A stretch of 64,000 nt of DNA from a virus. Shown in pieces: positions 39,825 through 49,789 of this stretch (position 1 is its first letter; each line of letters starts with the position of its first letter). A model generated the notes under the pieces. That model saw nothing but the letters and a program-made list of their open reading frames with translations. It made no database searches and was not told where the DNA came from. The stretch lies in IMG/VR virus record IMGVR_UViG_3300020182_000012; one strand, given 5' to 3'. A program made the position numbers and the translations under genes.

Positions 39825-41039
39825 ATGGCCTTTGGTGAAGATTTCTTAAAAGGATTTTTCGGTAACGATTTCCTTAAGGATTATACACACGCAAGCAAGA
39901 CATTTCGTAGCGATGGTTATGCTCTTGCACCGCGGCGTAAGTTCCTATATCATGTTGTATTCAATTTGAATGTGCAGCAAATACCTCAACTACGAAATGT
40001 TTTCCAAACACAAGATTTAAACAACCTAAGTTTGCTAGTTAAAGAAGTTAAGCTTCCTAGTTATAAATTTAGTGTTGATACCATGAATCAATACAATAGA
40101 AAACGTAAAGTTCAAACTCAAATTGAATATGATCCTATTGTTTGTACAATGCACGATGATGCTAGCGATCTATCTCGTGCATTGTGGTACAACTATTATG
40201 CATACTATTACAAAGATGCTAGTCAGAAATATTTTGATGCCGCTGTTACCAATGGTAGTTTAGGACAAAATGCACAAGGAGTCGATCCTGGTGCAGCATA
40301 TCCTTACAACTATCGAGATATTTACACGCAAGACAGAGAAATTAACGACTGGGGATATATAGGCGAAAGTTACACAGATGGTACCAGAGGCGGCAAACCA
40401 CCGTTTTTTCGTGACATCACCGTGTTTGGTTTTGATCAGCACAAATGGGCAGCCTACACCCTTATTAATCCAATTATTACTTCGTTTGATCATGACACGT
40501 ACAGTTATGCCGACGATGCTGGTATTATGCAAAATACTTTTACTTTTGAGTATGAAACAGTTAAATATTACAACGGAGCACTAACAGGCAGTAAACCAGA
40601 TGGCGGCATACCATCATTTGCAAATCCAGGAAATTACGATGCAGTTACAAGCCCGTTAGCTCGTACAGGTAGTACGTCAAATATACTAGGCAACGGTGGG
40701 CTTATTGATGCAGCATCGGGTATTATAACTGATCTAAGTGCAGGCAATCTTGCCGGTGTTGTTGGCGCAATACAAGGAGCCGGCACTGCGTACCAAACAT
40801 TTAAAGGCAAAGACTTGGCGAGTATACTCAAAACAGAATCAACTGCTATGCTAACAAGCACTATCAAATCTCAACTGCCGGGCATGACACGTGGCGTGTT
40901 ATTTCCCAATCAGGCTAATCAACCGAGTGCAGTAAACAGTCAAAATACTCCTGCAACATTGAAATCGGCTGACCCGATAAACATAAACGGCCCGTCAACT
41001 ATTCCAACACAAACTAATCCTACTGGAGGAATATACTAG
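39825..41039 (+). CDS. Tube-like baseplate protein (gp48/gp54-like)
   Basis: LP.Y.F....NQYNRKR, INP.ITSF.HD..Y, F.YETV tube-fold motifs. Confidence 0.6.
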   Translation: MAFGEDFLKGFFGNDFLKDYTHASKTFRSDGYALAPRRKFLYHVVFNLNVQQIPQLRNVFQTQDLNNLSLLVKEVKLPSYKFSVDTMNQYNRKRKVQTQIEYDPIVCTMHDDASDLSRALWYNYYAYYYKDASQKYFDAAVTNGSLGQNAQGVDPGAAYPYNYRDIYTQDREINDWGYIGESYTDGTRGGKPPFFRDITVFGFDQHKWAAYTLINPIITSFDHDTYSYADDAGIMQNTFTFEYETVKYYNGALTGSKPDGGIPSFANPGNYDAVTSPLARTGSTSNILGNGGLIDAASGIITDLSAGNLAGVVGAIQGAGTAYQTFKGKDLASILKTESTAMLTSTIKSQLPGMTRGVLFPNQANQPSAVNSQNTPATLKSADPININGPSTIPTQTNPTGGIY

Positions 41040-41040
41040 A

Positions 41041-41400
41041 ATGGCAACTGTAAACTATGTTAACCCAAACACAGATACAACCGTTAGAGTGTTTAATGAT
41101 TTCTATGGACGTGAGCTTAACATTAACAGCAACGATTACGATGTTGTGTTTAGTTTTTTTACTTCTATATTTGCCGACGAAATGGCTGCTAGAAACTTTA
41201 CATTAAATGTTTTTCAAATTGCACGTGACAGCAACACACCAGTTGAAACTATTCTCAATGACCTAAGCAACCAAAATCAAGTACAGATTACTGCTACATT
41301 AGCATATTATCTTAACAACTTACGTAGTAATTCAACATTGTTGGGTATTTCAACTACTGCTACACCAAATCAATACGCTGCCCGCAATATAGTTATATAG
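41041..41400 (+). CDS. Hypothetical protein
   Basis: 119-aa ORF in the tail operon. Confidence 0.6.
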   Translation: MATVNYVNPNTDTTVRVFNDFYGRELNINSNDYDVVFSFFTSIFADEMAARNFTLNVFQIARDSNTPVETILNDLSNQNQVQITATLAYYLNNLRSNSTLLGISTTATPNQYAARNIVI

Positions 41401-41407
41401 GTGACTA

Positions 41408-41848
41408 ATGGCCAATAACTATCAACAAGGCTATTACACAGTAATAAATCAATCTAAATATTCAGGCAAAGGCGTGCCTAAATATCGCAGCGGTTGGGAA
41501 TTGGCTTTCATGCGTTTTTGTGACTCTAACGACAGTATTGTAAGTTGGGCAAGCGAGAGTCTTGCTATTCCTTATAGAAATCCACTTACTGGAAAGCAAT
41601 CACGCTATATTCCGGACTTTCTTATACAATACAAAAACAGGCACAATAAAGTCATAACTGAGTTAATTGAAATCAAGCCCAAGAAACAAAGTATAATTGA
41701 AAGCAAAGCATCAAACAAAGAAAAAGCTGTTGTTGCTGTTAACTATGCCAAGTGGGCAGCGGCACAAGCATGGTGCAAACGAAGTGGTATTACTTTTAGA
41801 GTTATCACAGAGGATGATATTTTCCATCAAGGTAAAAAACGCCGGTAA
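41408..41848 (+). CDS. gp4: Head completion nuclease (T4 gp4-like, TnsA-like fold)
   Basis: YRSGWE..F...CD, WASE...IPY, Y.PDF, EIKP..Q, N.AKW.AA, F.VITE. Confidence 0.9.
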   Translation: MANNYQQGYYTVINQSKYSGKGVPKYRSGWELAFMRFCDSNDSIVSWASESLAIPYRNPLTGKQSRYIPDFLIQYKNRHNKVITELIEIKPKKQSIIESKASNKEKAVVAVNYAKWAAAQAWCKRSGITFRVITEDDIFHQGKKRR

Positions 41849-41856
41849 GTATTTAC

Positions 41857-42720
41857 ATGGATAAAATTGACTTTTTTGGCGGATGCCAGGGCAACTTTTT
41901 AGAAGTTGTTATTGACATGTTTATATGTGGCAATAACACAATGGTTGGAAAACCATTGTTCAATGATAACGGTGCCTGCCATCAACAACATAATATAGCA
42001 GATTACAAACCTGAGGTTAGGCAAGGGCATTATTCTTGCCATAACATACCGTTTGACGCAAATGACAATGTAATTGAAATACATGTTAGTGATACAGATA
42101 TGCTGGCTGCATTAACTAATTCATTGGTTAGAGCAGCTGATGAAATAATAGATATAAAAAACTTGCATATAAACACAGTAAAAAAATTAACAGAGTTGCC
42201 CAAAGCTCAAACATTTCTTAATGATTTAATCAAAGAACACGGTGTGCATGACATCTATCCAAAGCAAGTTATTAGAAATTATTTTTATAGTAAGTTTGAT
42301 GACCCAGACCATGGATTGTACTTGTTTAATAACTTTAATCATACAGGAAATAAACACATCTTTCCATTTTCAGCATTTTTTGATTTAGAAGAGTTTTACT
42401 ACCATTTAAACAAGTGTGCACATTTTTTAAATTTAAATTTTTACCCTACTGAGCAGTGTGCTATAATATGGAAAGACTTTATTAATCGTAATCAAGGTTA
42501 TCAGTCACAACAAAAATGTAATATCATTATCAAAAATATTTTAAACGGAAATAACATACCTATAGATAATTTAACACTTGTTGAGGAAGCTTGGATAGTA
42601 CATAGAATTTCTCAGATATTTAGATGTTATGATCATCCATTGCTAGTATCCGACGATTTCCCAACAAACACACTTGATATTTCTGTTGCACTTTATAAAT
42701 GGAAAAGCAACGATTATTGA
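41857..42720 (+). CDS. Hypothetical protein (AT-rich insert)
   Basis: IDFFGGCQGNFL N-terminus; own late core. Confidence 0.65.
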   Translation: MDKIDFFGGCQGNFLEVVIDMFICGNNTMVGKPLFNDNGACHQQHNIADYKPEVRQGHYSCHNIPFDANDNVIEIHVSDTDMLAALTNSLVRAADEIIDIKNLHINTVKKLTELPKAQTFLNDLIKEHGVHDIYPKQVIRNYFYSKFDDPDHGLYLFNNFNHTGNKHIFPFSAFFDLEEFYYHLNKCAHFLNLNFYPTEQCAIIWKDFINRNQGYQSQQKCNIIIKNILNGNNIPIDNLTLVEEAWIVHRISQIFRCYDHPLLVSDDFPTNTLDISVALYKWKSNDY

Positions 42721-42777
42721 GTAGAATTGTAAGCATGAATACTGCACTGCCTGGTTTGCAATCTAATAAATATGCGT

Positions 42778-43299
42778 ATGACACGAAAACTAGAAGAATT
42801 ATTTGAATTGCCAGAATCGTCAGACGACGATGGGCTTGCCAACGAAGTAGTGCCTGATAATGTTCCAGATCCAACGCCTGATAACATGCCGGCAATGCAA
42901 AATGCTCTCAGTGAGCTTGATAAAGTACAAGCTGCTCTGCCTCAAGTAAGGGGGCTTGATGCTAGTGATCAAGAAATGGATGAGTTAGCAGATAAAGCAA
43001 CCAAAAGCTTTGACGACCTAATGGACCTTGGTATGAATATAGACAGTCGATGGGCAAGCGATGTATTCAGCGTAGCAAGTACTATGCTTGGGCATGCTAT
43101 TACTGCAAAAACAGCAAAGTTAAACAAAAAACTTAAAATGGTTGATTTACAGCTAAAGAAAGCTGCATTGGATGCCAAAGCGGCCCAGGCGGCCGCTAAC
43201 AGCAACGACGAAAACGATACTACTACAGGCACAGGAATGATACTAGATCGCAATGCGCTGTTAGATCGTTTATTGAACACAGACAAAGACGAAAAGTAA
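42778..43299 (+). CDS. Putative terminase small subunit
   Basis: MTRKLEELF, helical core DLMDLGMN...A..ML..AI.AK; start inferred from TAAATA-N5-ATG. Confidence 0.6.
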   Translation: MTRKLEELFELPESSDDDGLANEVVPDNVPDPTPDNMPAMQNALSELDKVQAALPQVRGLDASDQEMDELADKATKSFDDLMDLGMNIDSRWASDVFSVASTMLGHAITAKTAKLNKKLKMVDLQLKKAALDAKAAQAAANSNDENDTTTGTGMILDRNALLDRLLNTDKDEK

Positions 43300-43336
43300 C
43301 ATATTTGGCTAAATACTGTCATAGGGGATTAACAAG

Positions 43337-43945
43337 ATGAAATCATTCGCAAGCTATCTGACTGAGTCTAAAAAGACTTTTGATTATAGAATCAAAATAC
43401 TCGGTGACACGGATGCAAAGTTTATTAACGCACTAGAAGAAAAACTTCAACAGTTTGACGTTATTACTATGTCCGATGTAAAAAGATTACCAATTCAAAA
43501 AACACTTCAAGATTTTCCAGGTGTTGAAAACGAAGGCATGTCGTTCTTCGACGTATCGTTTAATTATCCAGCAACTCCGCCACAGATTATGCAGATTGCT
43601 AGGTTAATGGGCATGGATCCAAACCATATGATTATTCAACAAGCTGGGTATGCTGACAGCGTCGACAACGAGCGTGATGGATATGACGATCAAACAAATC
43701 CGCTACTTGGTACTGAATACGGACCAAATAGTGCTGAATCTAAAGAAGCTAGTGAATACTACAGTGCTGACCCCTATCAGCGTGAAGTAGTAGGCAACGA
43801 GTATGCAAGTGATTACACAATTGCAGGCGGTAAAACTGCGCCAGCAGTTTACAACACCGATACTCCAGCTGGTAAAGACAGCCCGATTATGGGTAAAAAC
43901 AAAATTCCAACGGTGAAAAGTTCCGCTGGTAAAGCAGATAGTTAA
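43337..43945 (+). CDS. Putative capsid internal/core protein
   Basis: MKSFASYLTE-S leader resembling the T4 capsid-targeting sequence. Confidence 0.6.
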   Translation: MKSFASYLTESKKTFDYRIKILGDTDAKFINALEEKLQQFDVITMSDVKRLPIQKTLQDFPGVENEGMSFFDVSFNYPATPPQIMQIARLMGMDPNHMIIQQAGYADSVDNERDGYDDQTNPLLGTEYGPNSAESKEASEYYSADPYQREVVGNEYASDYTIAGGKTAPAVYNTDTPAGKDSPIMGKNKIPTVKSSAGKADS

Positions 43946-43956
43946 GGAACAAACAC

Positions 43957-45381
43957 ATGGACAACATTTACACAACACTCGCAAAATTACAAGACGTTAC
44001 TAACAGAACTCCTATCATGGAAAGTGACACAGCTGGTAATATTGAAAACCTCAAAAAAGAATCAACTAAAGCTGTATCCGAAGATGACAGTATTTTTGCA
44101 GACACTGCACTAAGCATGGACAACCTTGCTAAACTCAAAGAAGTTGAAGAAACTGCTGGGACTATTAAAGCCGAGCTTAAAGATGCTATGATGTCACGTT
44201 TAGCTGAACTAGCAGGTGTGCCACTAAGTGAAATTGAAGAAGCAGCCGGCGAAAGTGAAACTGCTGAATCTGCTGCTAGTAGAATTGCAAGCGAAGTAGT
44301 GTTAGATGATGAGGATATTGCGGAAGCAAAAGACACACATTGTTCAGATAAGTGCTGCGGCAGTGATGTTAAAGCAGAAGACTGCAACTGTCCACCAGAT
44401 TGCAAGCATTGCAATTGCAACGCAGTAAGTGAATCATCTGCTGAGGATGAACGTGCACACATGCAAGCATTAGCAAAAGCATCCGAACCAGAGCGTGGCG
44501 AAGAGAGAAAAAAAGTATCTCTAAAGAAAGCACCATGGGAAGAGTCAGTTGAAGAAGCAGTAGGCGATAGTGCCGAGGCTATTTGGGAGTTATGCGACGA
44601 ATTAGACTGTGCAGCTCACCCGGTTTTCAGCGAATTAGTGCGCTACCTAGACGGCGATACACTACAAGACTTTGTGGCAGACTTCCGCAGACACAATGAC
44701 ATGAACGAAGGTGCAGTTAACGAAGATGACATTGACGAAAATGCATTTAATCAAGCTGCCGCAGCCGCAGCACGTGCAGGTAAAAAAGATTTCGAGTTTG
44801 GCGGCAAGACACACAAAACTACAATGAGTAAAGACACAGCACACAAATTAGATGATGATGTACAAGTCGACGAGGAAGAAAAAGTCGAAGAAACTACAAC
44901 AGCCGGCGCAGTTGCAACAGACGCAAGCGGCAACGGTAAATCACTGTACAAACATGCAAGTGTGTACGAAGGCAACGATATTGCTCAAAATGCAATGAGA
45001 CTAATGGAAGGTATGAATATCAACGTTAGTATGAATGATCAAAGTGGCCCAAGCCTAACTGTTACAGCAACAGACGAGGATGCAGCCAAACTTGGTTCAT
45101 TGCTACAGCTAGCAGGACTCGGTTCACTTGGTATGCAGCACGAAGCTGTTGCTGAAGATCAAGATTTTGCTAATGCTGCTGACGATACTGCAACGGCTGA
45201 TACTGAAACACTTGTTAATACAATTAGTGGTGGTCTTAACAGACAGAAGCAGCAAGTTAATCCTAACAATCCTGGCGACAATGCATTGGCAATGCAAGGT
45301 ATGGGCAACAACACAGTCAATCTTGAAGATATCACCGAAAGTCACTTAATGTCTCTTTACCAGGAGTTTAAAACAAAATGA
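43957..45381 (+). CDS. Acidic modular putative core polyprotein with a Cys-rich segment
   Basis: Many hydrophobic-X-E sites; 8-Cys segment; LLQLAGL motif like the scaffold C-terminus LKRLAGL. Confidence 0.65.
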   Translation: MDNIYTTLAKLQDVTNRTPIMESDTAGNIENLKKESTKAVSEDDSIFADTALSMDNLAKLKEVEETAGTIKAELKDAMMSRLAELAGVPLSEIEEAAGESETAESAASRIASEVVLDDEDIAEAKDTHCSDKCCGSDVKAEDCNCPPDCKHCNCNAVSESSAEDERAHMQALAKASEPERGEERKKVSLKKAPWEESVEEAVGDSAEAIWELCDELDCAAHPVFSELVRYLDGDTLQDFVADFRRHNDMNEGAVNEDDIDENAFNQAAAAAARAGKKDFEFGGKTHKTTMSKDTAHKLDDDVQVDEEEKVEETTTAGAVATDASGNGKSLYKHASVYEGNDIAQNAMRLMEGMNINVSMNDQSGPSLTVTATDEDAAKLGSLLQLAGLGSLGMQHEAVAEDQDFANAADDTATADTETLVNTISGGLNRQKQQVNPNNPGDNALAMQGMGNNTVNLEDITESHLMSLYQEFKTK

Positions 45382-46301
45382 GCTTAACAAAATACATCTC
45401 CGAGAGCGAAAGAGCACAGTCTTTTATGATTGAAGGCGATGTATTTGTCGCAGTTGTCAACGAAGAACTAGCACTAGAGTTTGATGTTGCAAGTCACAAC
45501 GATGATAGTGTGGTTATCGAATCAGATGAATATGGACTATCGGTGCTCGAAGGCTGCGGTTGCACAATAAGTGACGACGACGAAGTATCCGAAGGCAAGA
45601 TGAAAGATTCTCAACTTGACGATGCTGAAAACATGAGTAAAGCAGAGTTCATTAAAAAGCACGGTAGAGAAGCAGCAATAAATTATTTTGAATCAGCTGA
45701 GGTTACAACTAACTATTCTGATCAAGCAAAATTTCACGAACGCATGGGTAACAAAGATACCGCTGCATTCTATATGAAAAAACATCACACTGCACTTGCT
45801 GAAAGTTTTGAACTTGTTGAAGATTCAGACGATGTAGCAGACATTATTAAGCGTAGACTCATGACCATGGGAGGATTTAGCGATCTCGTTAGACAGTACG
45901 GTGTTGACCGTATGATTGACGCAATTGAACAAGAAGCTGAACTTCACGCAGACGATGAAGAAATGGGCTCAAGTGATGTTAGCGCAATGGTTAACAATGT
46001 GATGCAAACTTTAGAGTATGGCAAAACCAATGAAGCCAAATATCAAGGACGTGAAGTTAAGCTCGGCAAGCCATCAAGGGGCGATGTTAAAAAGTTTAAG
46101 GTGTATGTAAAAGATCCTAAAACAGGAAATGTTAAAAAAGTAAACTTTGGAGATCCTAACATGGAAATCCGTAGAGACAACCCGGATGCTCGTAAAAACT
46201 TCCGTGCTAGACACAATTGCTCGGACAAAAAAGATAGAACAAAAGCAGGCTACTGGAGTTGCCGTATGTGGAGTAAAAAACCAGTAAGTAAGATTACATA
46301 A
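45378..46301 (+). CDS. Modular putative internal protein with a basic C-terminal domain
   Basis: MSLTKYISE leader; C-terminal KFKVYVKDPKTGNVKKVNFGD...FRARHNC...AGYWSC domain. Confidence 0.65.
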   Translation: MSLTKYISESERAQSFMIEGDVFVAVVNEELALEFDVASHNDDSVVIESDEYGLSVLEGCGCTISDDDEVSEGKMKDSQLDDAENMSKAEFIKKHGREAAINYFESAEVTTNYSDQAKFHERMGNKDTAAFYMKKHHTALAESFELVEDSDDVADIIKRRLMTMGGFSDLVRQYGVDRMIDAIEQEAELHADDEEMGSSDVSAMVNNVMQTLEYGKTNEAKYQGREVKLGKPSRGDVKKFKVYVKDPKTGNVKKVNFGDPNMEIRRDNPDARKNFRARHNCSDKKDRTKAGYWSCRMWSKKPVSKIT

Positions 46302-46310
46302 GGAAAATAA

Positions 46311-46601
46311 ATGGCTAGTCAATCAACAGTATACGCAGGTGCAATTTCGGCACAAGCCTGGGCTACAGATAAAGCAATGATCTCAACCGGCAGTAATAGT
46401 GTAACAGCACAAGTTATTCTTGCAGGTAAGCCAACTGAAAATACAGACACTATCTATAGTGCGCCAATAGTTATTCCTGCAAACAACACAAGATACATGT
46501 ATATAGGTGTCGGCAATCAGCTTACTATTGTTGGTAGTAATTCTACAGCTGCCGAAGTAGGCACTGCTTCAAGTGCAAACAGCGGAGTTTATAATATCTA
46601 A
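46311..46601 (+). CDS. Small hypothetical virion protein
   Basis: AAGGA RBS; beta-rich 96 aa. Confidence 0.55.
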   Translation: MASQSTVYAGAISAQAWATDKAMISTGSNSVTAQVILAGKPTENTDTIYSAPIVIPANNTRYMYIGVGNQLTIVGSNSTAAEVGTASSANSGVYNI

Positions 46602-46978
46602 TGAGAGCTATTGAATTCTTACAGGAAGAAAGAGGCTTGCGTTTAAAGCACATGAAAGGCAAAGCGCCCCATGTGCATCAAGCGGCAAGTCCTGGCCATG
46701 TGAGAAGCAAAGGCTACTACGACATGTATCGTGCTACTATCGCTATGGCTGGCATGGACGCCGACGGACACAACGAAAACATGCCAGATCCAGAAAGCTG
46801 GATTGGCGGCGATGGTCTTATTAGTCCGTTCTCTGATGTAGAGAGAGATATGGCAAAGATGGCGTTTGCTGCACTCGGTATGGTTAGTAAAGAAGATGGA
46901 TCTCACACAGGCAGTCGCGAACCTGATGGTGTAAACACAGAAAGTCCTGTAATAGGGTTTAAAGGTTATCCAAGGTAA
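46601..46978 (+). CDS. Putative capsid internal protein
   Basis: MRAIEFLQE leader. Confidence 0.6.
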   Translation: MRAIEFLQEERGLRLKHMKGKAPHVHQAASPGHVRSKGYYDMYRATIAMAGMDADGHNENMPDPESWIGGDGLISPFSDVERDMAKMAFAALGMVSKEDGSHTGSREPDGVNTESPVIGFKGYPR

Positions 46979-47841
46979 TGGCTATCGTTGGACCAACCTC
47001 ATACCAACATCAGTTTCCAAACTATCAATTAAATGATGTTCACCAAGCAATGGATTACAATGCTGCTGGTCAACCCATTCTGAGAACAGCAGGAGATACG
47101 TTTAGCTGGTCAATTAATATAAGTGCTGGCAATGTTGACGGTGTAAGCTACATTGAAAAGTTTGGTATGAACACAGATGTTGATGCTAACAAAGAAACTA
47201 TTTGGGACGGCGGCGATATTTATACTTATATTTCTACAGCGGAAACAGTAACAGTTACAAGTTCAAGTGGAAGCGATAGTGCTGCTGGTACAGGTGCTAG
47301 AACAGTTGAAATACAAGGTCTAAATAGTTCTTATGAAGTTGTAACAGAAACTCTGACAGTTGGCGGCGCGGCTGGATCAACTGGGTTTTTAAGAGTGTTT
47401 CGTGCTGTTGTAATTACTGCCGGCTCCGATGGAGTAAATGCTGGAACTATCAGTGTTACCAGTGATAGCACTAGTACAGTGTTAGCACAAATAGGAATTG
47501 ATGGCACAGGTTCAAATGCTGCCGGACGTGGACAAACATTTATGGCATTGTACACTATACCTGCAGGTAAAACTGGATACCTAACACAATGGACAGTTGG
47601 GTCTGGAAAACAAAATACAGATGCAGTTGCATTTATTTTATCGCGTGATGCAACTGTCACTGATGCTGCATTTAATTCTAAAGATATTATCACCGTTAGT
47701 GCGACAACATACAGCAAAAATTATACTATTCCTTTGCAGTTTACCGAAAAAACTGACATTGAGGTTCGTGCATATTCGGGAACCAATAACAGTTTGGTTA
47801 GCAGCACGTTTAACCTCATCTTATACGATAACCTAAGTTAA
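46978..47841 (+). CDS. Hypothetical virion protein
   Basis: KFG.N.DVD...ETIW, GTGARTV.IQGL, YTIPAGKTGYL, EKTDI. Confidence 0.65.
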   Translation: MAIVGPTSYQHQFPNYQLNDVHQAMDYNAAGQPILRTAGDTFSWSINISAGNVDGVSYIEKFGMNTDVDANKETIWDGGDIYTYISTAETVTVTSSSGSDSAAGTGARTVEIQGLNSSYEVVTETLTVGGAAGSTGFLRVFRAVVITAGSDGVNAGTISVTSDSTSTVLAQIGIDGTGSNAAGRGQTFMALYTIPAGKTGYLTQWTVGSGKQNTDAVAFILSRDATVTDAAFNSKDIITVSATTYSKNYTIPLQFTEKTDIEVRAYSGTNNSLVSSTFNLILYDNLS

Positions 47842-47865
47842 GTATAAATACGTTGAGGAACAAAA

Positions 47866-48165
47866 ATGGCATCAGCACTTACATTTAGAAAAGGCGCATA
47901 CTATCCAGCTACCACGCAAGGATTTACATCCAGTGGAGTCAGCCAACAAAGTGGTGCATTGCAATCCACAACAAACATTATACGCATTGCAGTCAATCAA
48001 GATACCTATATTGAAATTGGCACATCGCCAACTGCTACATCAAACAGCCTAATGATGACCGCAGGCAGTGTGGAGTTTTTGGTTGTTGAGCCAACATATC
48101 TTGTAGCATTTTTACAAGTCACTTCCGCAGGCAGAGTAAGCATCACAGAACTTGGAGCAATCTAA
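47866..48165 (+). CDS. Small virion protein
   Basis: TATAAATA at 47843 and GAGG RBS. Confidence 0.6.
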   Translation: MASALTFRKGAYYPATTQGFTSSGVSQQSGALQSTTNIIRIAVNQDTYIEIGTSPTATSNSLMMTAGSVEFLVVEPTYLVAFLQVTSAGRVSITELGAI

Positions 48166-48995
48166 TGGTTAATCGGGTCTTTAAGTCCCGGGGCCTAGGA
48201 GTGCTTAACAACTCATACTCACCTGGAGCACCAGCTGAACCAAATCCAAGCGATATTGTTCCTGATGCTCCATTGGTGCTTGAAATTTGGTATGATGCTG
48301 CAACCAATGAATACTTCCAACCTACCAATCCCAGTGATGGCGACGGCATAACACAGTGGAACGATCTTTCTGCGTATGCACACAACTTGAATCCTGTTGT
48401 GGGCGGCCCAGGGGGTAGACCAAACTACAGAACCAATCAACTTAACAGCCTTGGTGCATTGGAATTTGATGGCACAGATGCGTGTAGCAGCAATCCAGCA
48501 ACATGGTTACAAAATCTCACTGGTGCCAGTATGTTTATTGTTAGTAGATTCAGCAACGGTAGTAGCGGAGTTATTGAAACACAAGCACAAACTGACTGTG
48601 GTGATATGGGCTACGGTAAAAATGCAGCCAATGAATATGAATTGTACATGATGACTGGCCAAGTGGGTGCAATGAGTGCTACACCAACTACACCTGTTGG
48701 TACAGACAGTAGCTATCATATACAATCAATTATTTTTGATGGCACAGGCGCAACTGATGCTGATCGATTGAAATTTAGACTAGACGAAAGCGATGTTCCA
48801 CTTACCTATACTGATCCAGTACCTTCTGCATTTGGCAGCATCTGCAACAGTTTTATTATTGGCAGTGATTATCAAGAAGAACTTGGCAATCAGTTTACAG
48901 GGTTTGTTGCTGAACTGGTTTTTTACAGTAGAACTCTTACTGCAAGCGAAATATCTGGACTTGAAACATACTTTGCCACTAAGTGGGCTTTATAA
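48165..48995 (+). CDS. Concanavalin A/LamG-like lectin-domain protein
   Basis: WYDA...W.DLS, FDG, F.G.VAEL.FYSR.LT..E...E.YF..KW. Confidence 0.7.
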   Translation: MVNRVFKSRGLGVLNNSYSPGAPAEPNPSDIVPDAPLVLEIWYDAATNEYFQPTNPSDGDGITQWNDLSAYAHNLNPVVGGPGGRPNYRTNQLNSLGALEFDGTDACSSNPATWLQNLTGASMFIVSRFSNGSSGVIETQAQTDCGDMGYGKNAANEYELYMMTGQVGAMSATPTTPVGTDSSYHIQSIIFDGTGATDADRLKFRLDESDVPLTYTDPVPSAFGSICNSFIIGSDYQEELGNQFTGFVAELVFYSRTLTASEISGLETYFATKWAL

Positions 48996-49042
48996 TATTT
49001 TGTAATACTTAATAATAAATACTCCTATAACAGGAGCACAAC

Positions 49043-49489
49043 ATGTATGAGTATAGAGCCAAATTGGTAAATGTCGTCGACGGCGACACAGTTGATGTCG
49101 ACATTGACTTGGGTTTTGGTATTTGGATGAGAGATGAGCGTGTGAGAATCATGGGCATCGACACTCCAGAAAGCCGCACAAGAGATTTAGTAGAAAAAAA
49201 GTTTGGACTTGCTGCAAAACAGCGTATAACAGAACTACTGTCTGGCCCAAATCTTGTGCTTAAAACACAGATAGCACGAGACGGCGAAGACATGAAAGGC
49301 AAGTTTGGACGTATCCTAGGCGATTTTAGTGTATATTATGCACCACAGGATAGAACAATGCCTGTTACTGATATTATGATGCTAGAAGGGCATGCAGTTC
49401 CTTACATGGGCGGCAGCAAAGAAGAATTGCTAGAACAGCACATGGCCAATAGAGCTAAACTTATTGCTGAGGGCGTAGTTGAAGTTTAG
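49043..49489 (+). CDS. Thermonuclease (SNase-like)
   Basis: VVDGDTVD, RIMGIDTPESRT, GKFGRILG. Confidence 0.9.
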   Translation: MYEYRAKLVNVVDGDTVDVDIDLGFGIWMRDERVRIMGIDTPESRTRDLVEKKFGLAAKQRITELLSGPNLVLKTQIARDGEDMKGKFGRILGDFSVYYAPQDRTMPVTDIMMLEGHAVPYMGGSKEELLEQHMANRAKLIAEGVVEV

Positions 49490-49497
49490 GACAATGT

Positions 49498-49656
49498 ATG
49501 CAATTATCAAATGTGCCAACACCTGCTCTTAAAGCAAAGTTGCAAAAACTTGATCTAGTATACCATATAACTCAGGATGTGCAACAGCGTTATAATATAC
49601 TCCGAGCAGAAGATGATATTAAAATAGAGCTTGTAAAAAGGAAGATAGATGATTAA
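49498..49656 (+). CDS. Small hypothetical protein (52 aa)
   Basis: Below the track cutoff; AGGA upstream; fills the gap. Confidence 0.45.
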   Translation: MQLSNVPTPALKAKLQKLDLVYHITQDVQQRYNILRAEDDIKIELVKRKIDD

Positions 49657-49789
49657 TAGTATTAAAATTGGCGGGCTCGGAAAGCCTGACTCCAAGCCTG
49701 CTCCTAAGGTTGCGCCAACTCCAGTTGAGTACACAGTTAGTGAAGAGCAGTTTGTAAGAAACGTTCAACCTAAGCAGATAAACGAGTAA
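49649..49789 (+). CDS. Small hypothetical protein (46 aa)
   Basis: AGGAAG upstream; overlaps the previous stop. Confidence 0.4.
   Translation: MINSIKIGGLGKPDSKPAPKVAPTPVEYTVSEEQFVRNVQPKQINE

Noticed and set aside
41408-41848. Tn7 TnsA transposase
   Set aside because: Matches the T4 gp4-like head completion protein in a structural context; no other transposon genes
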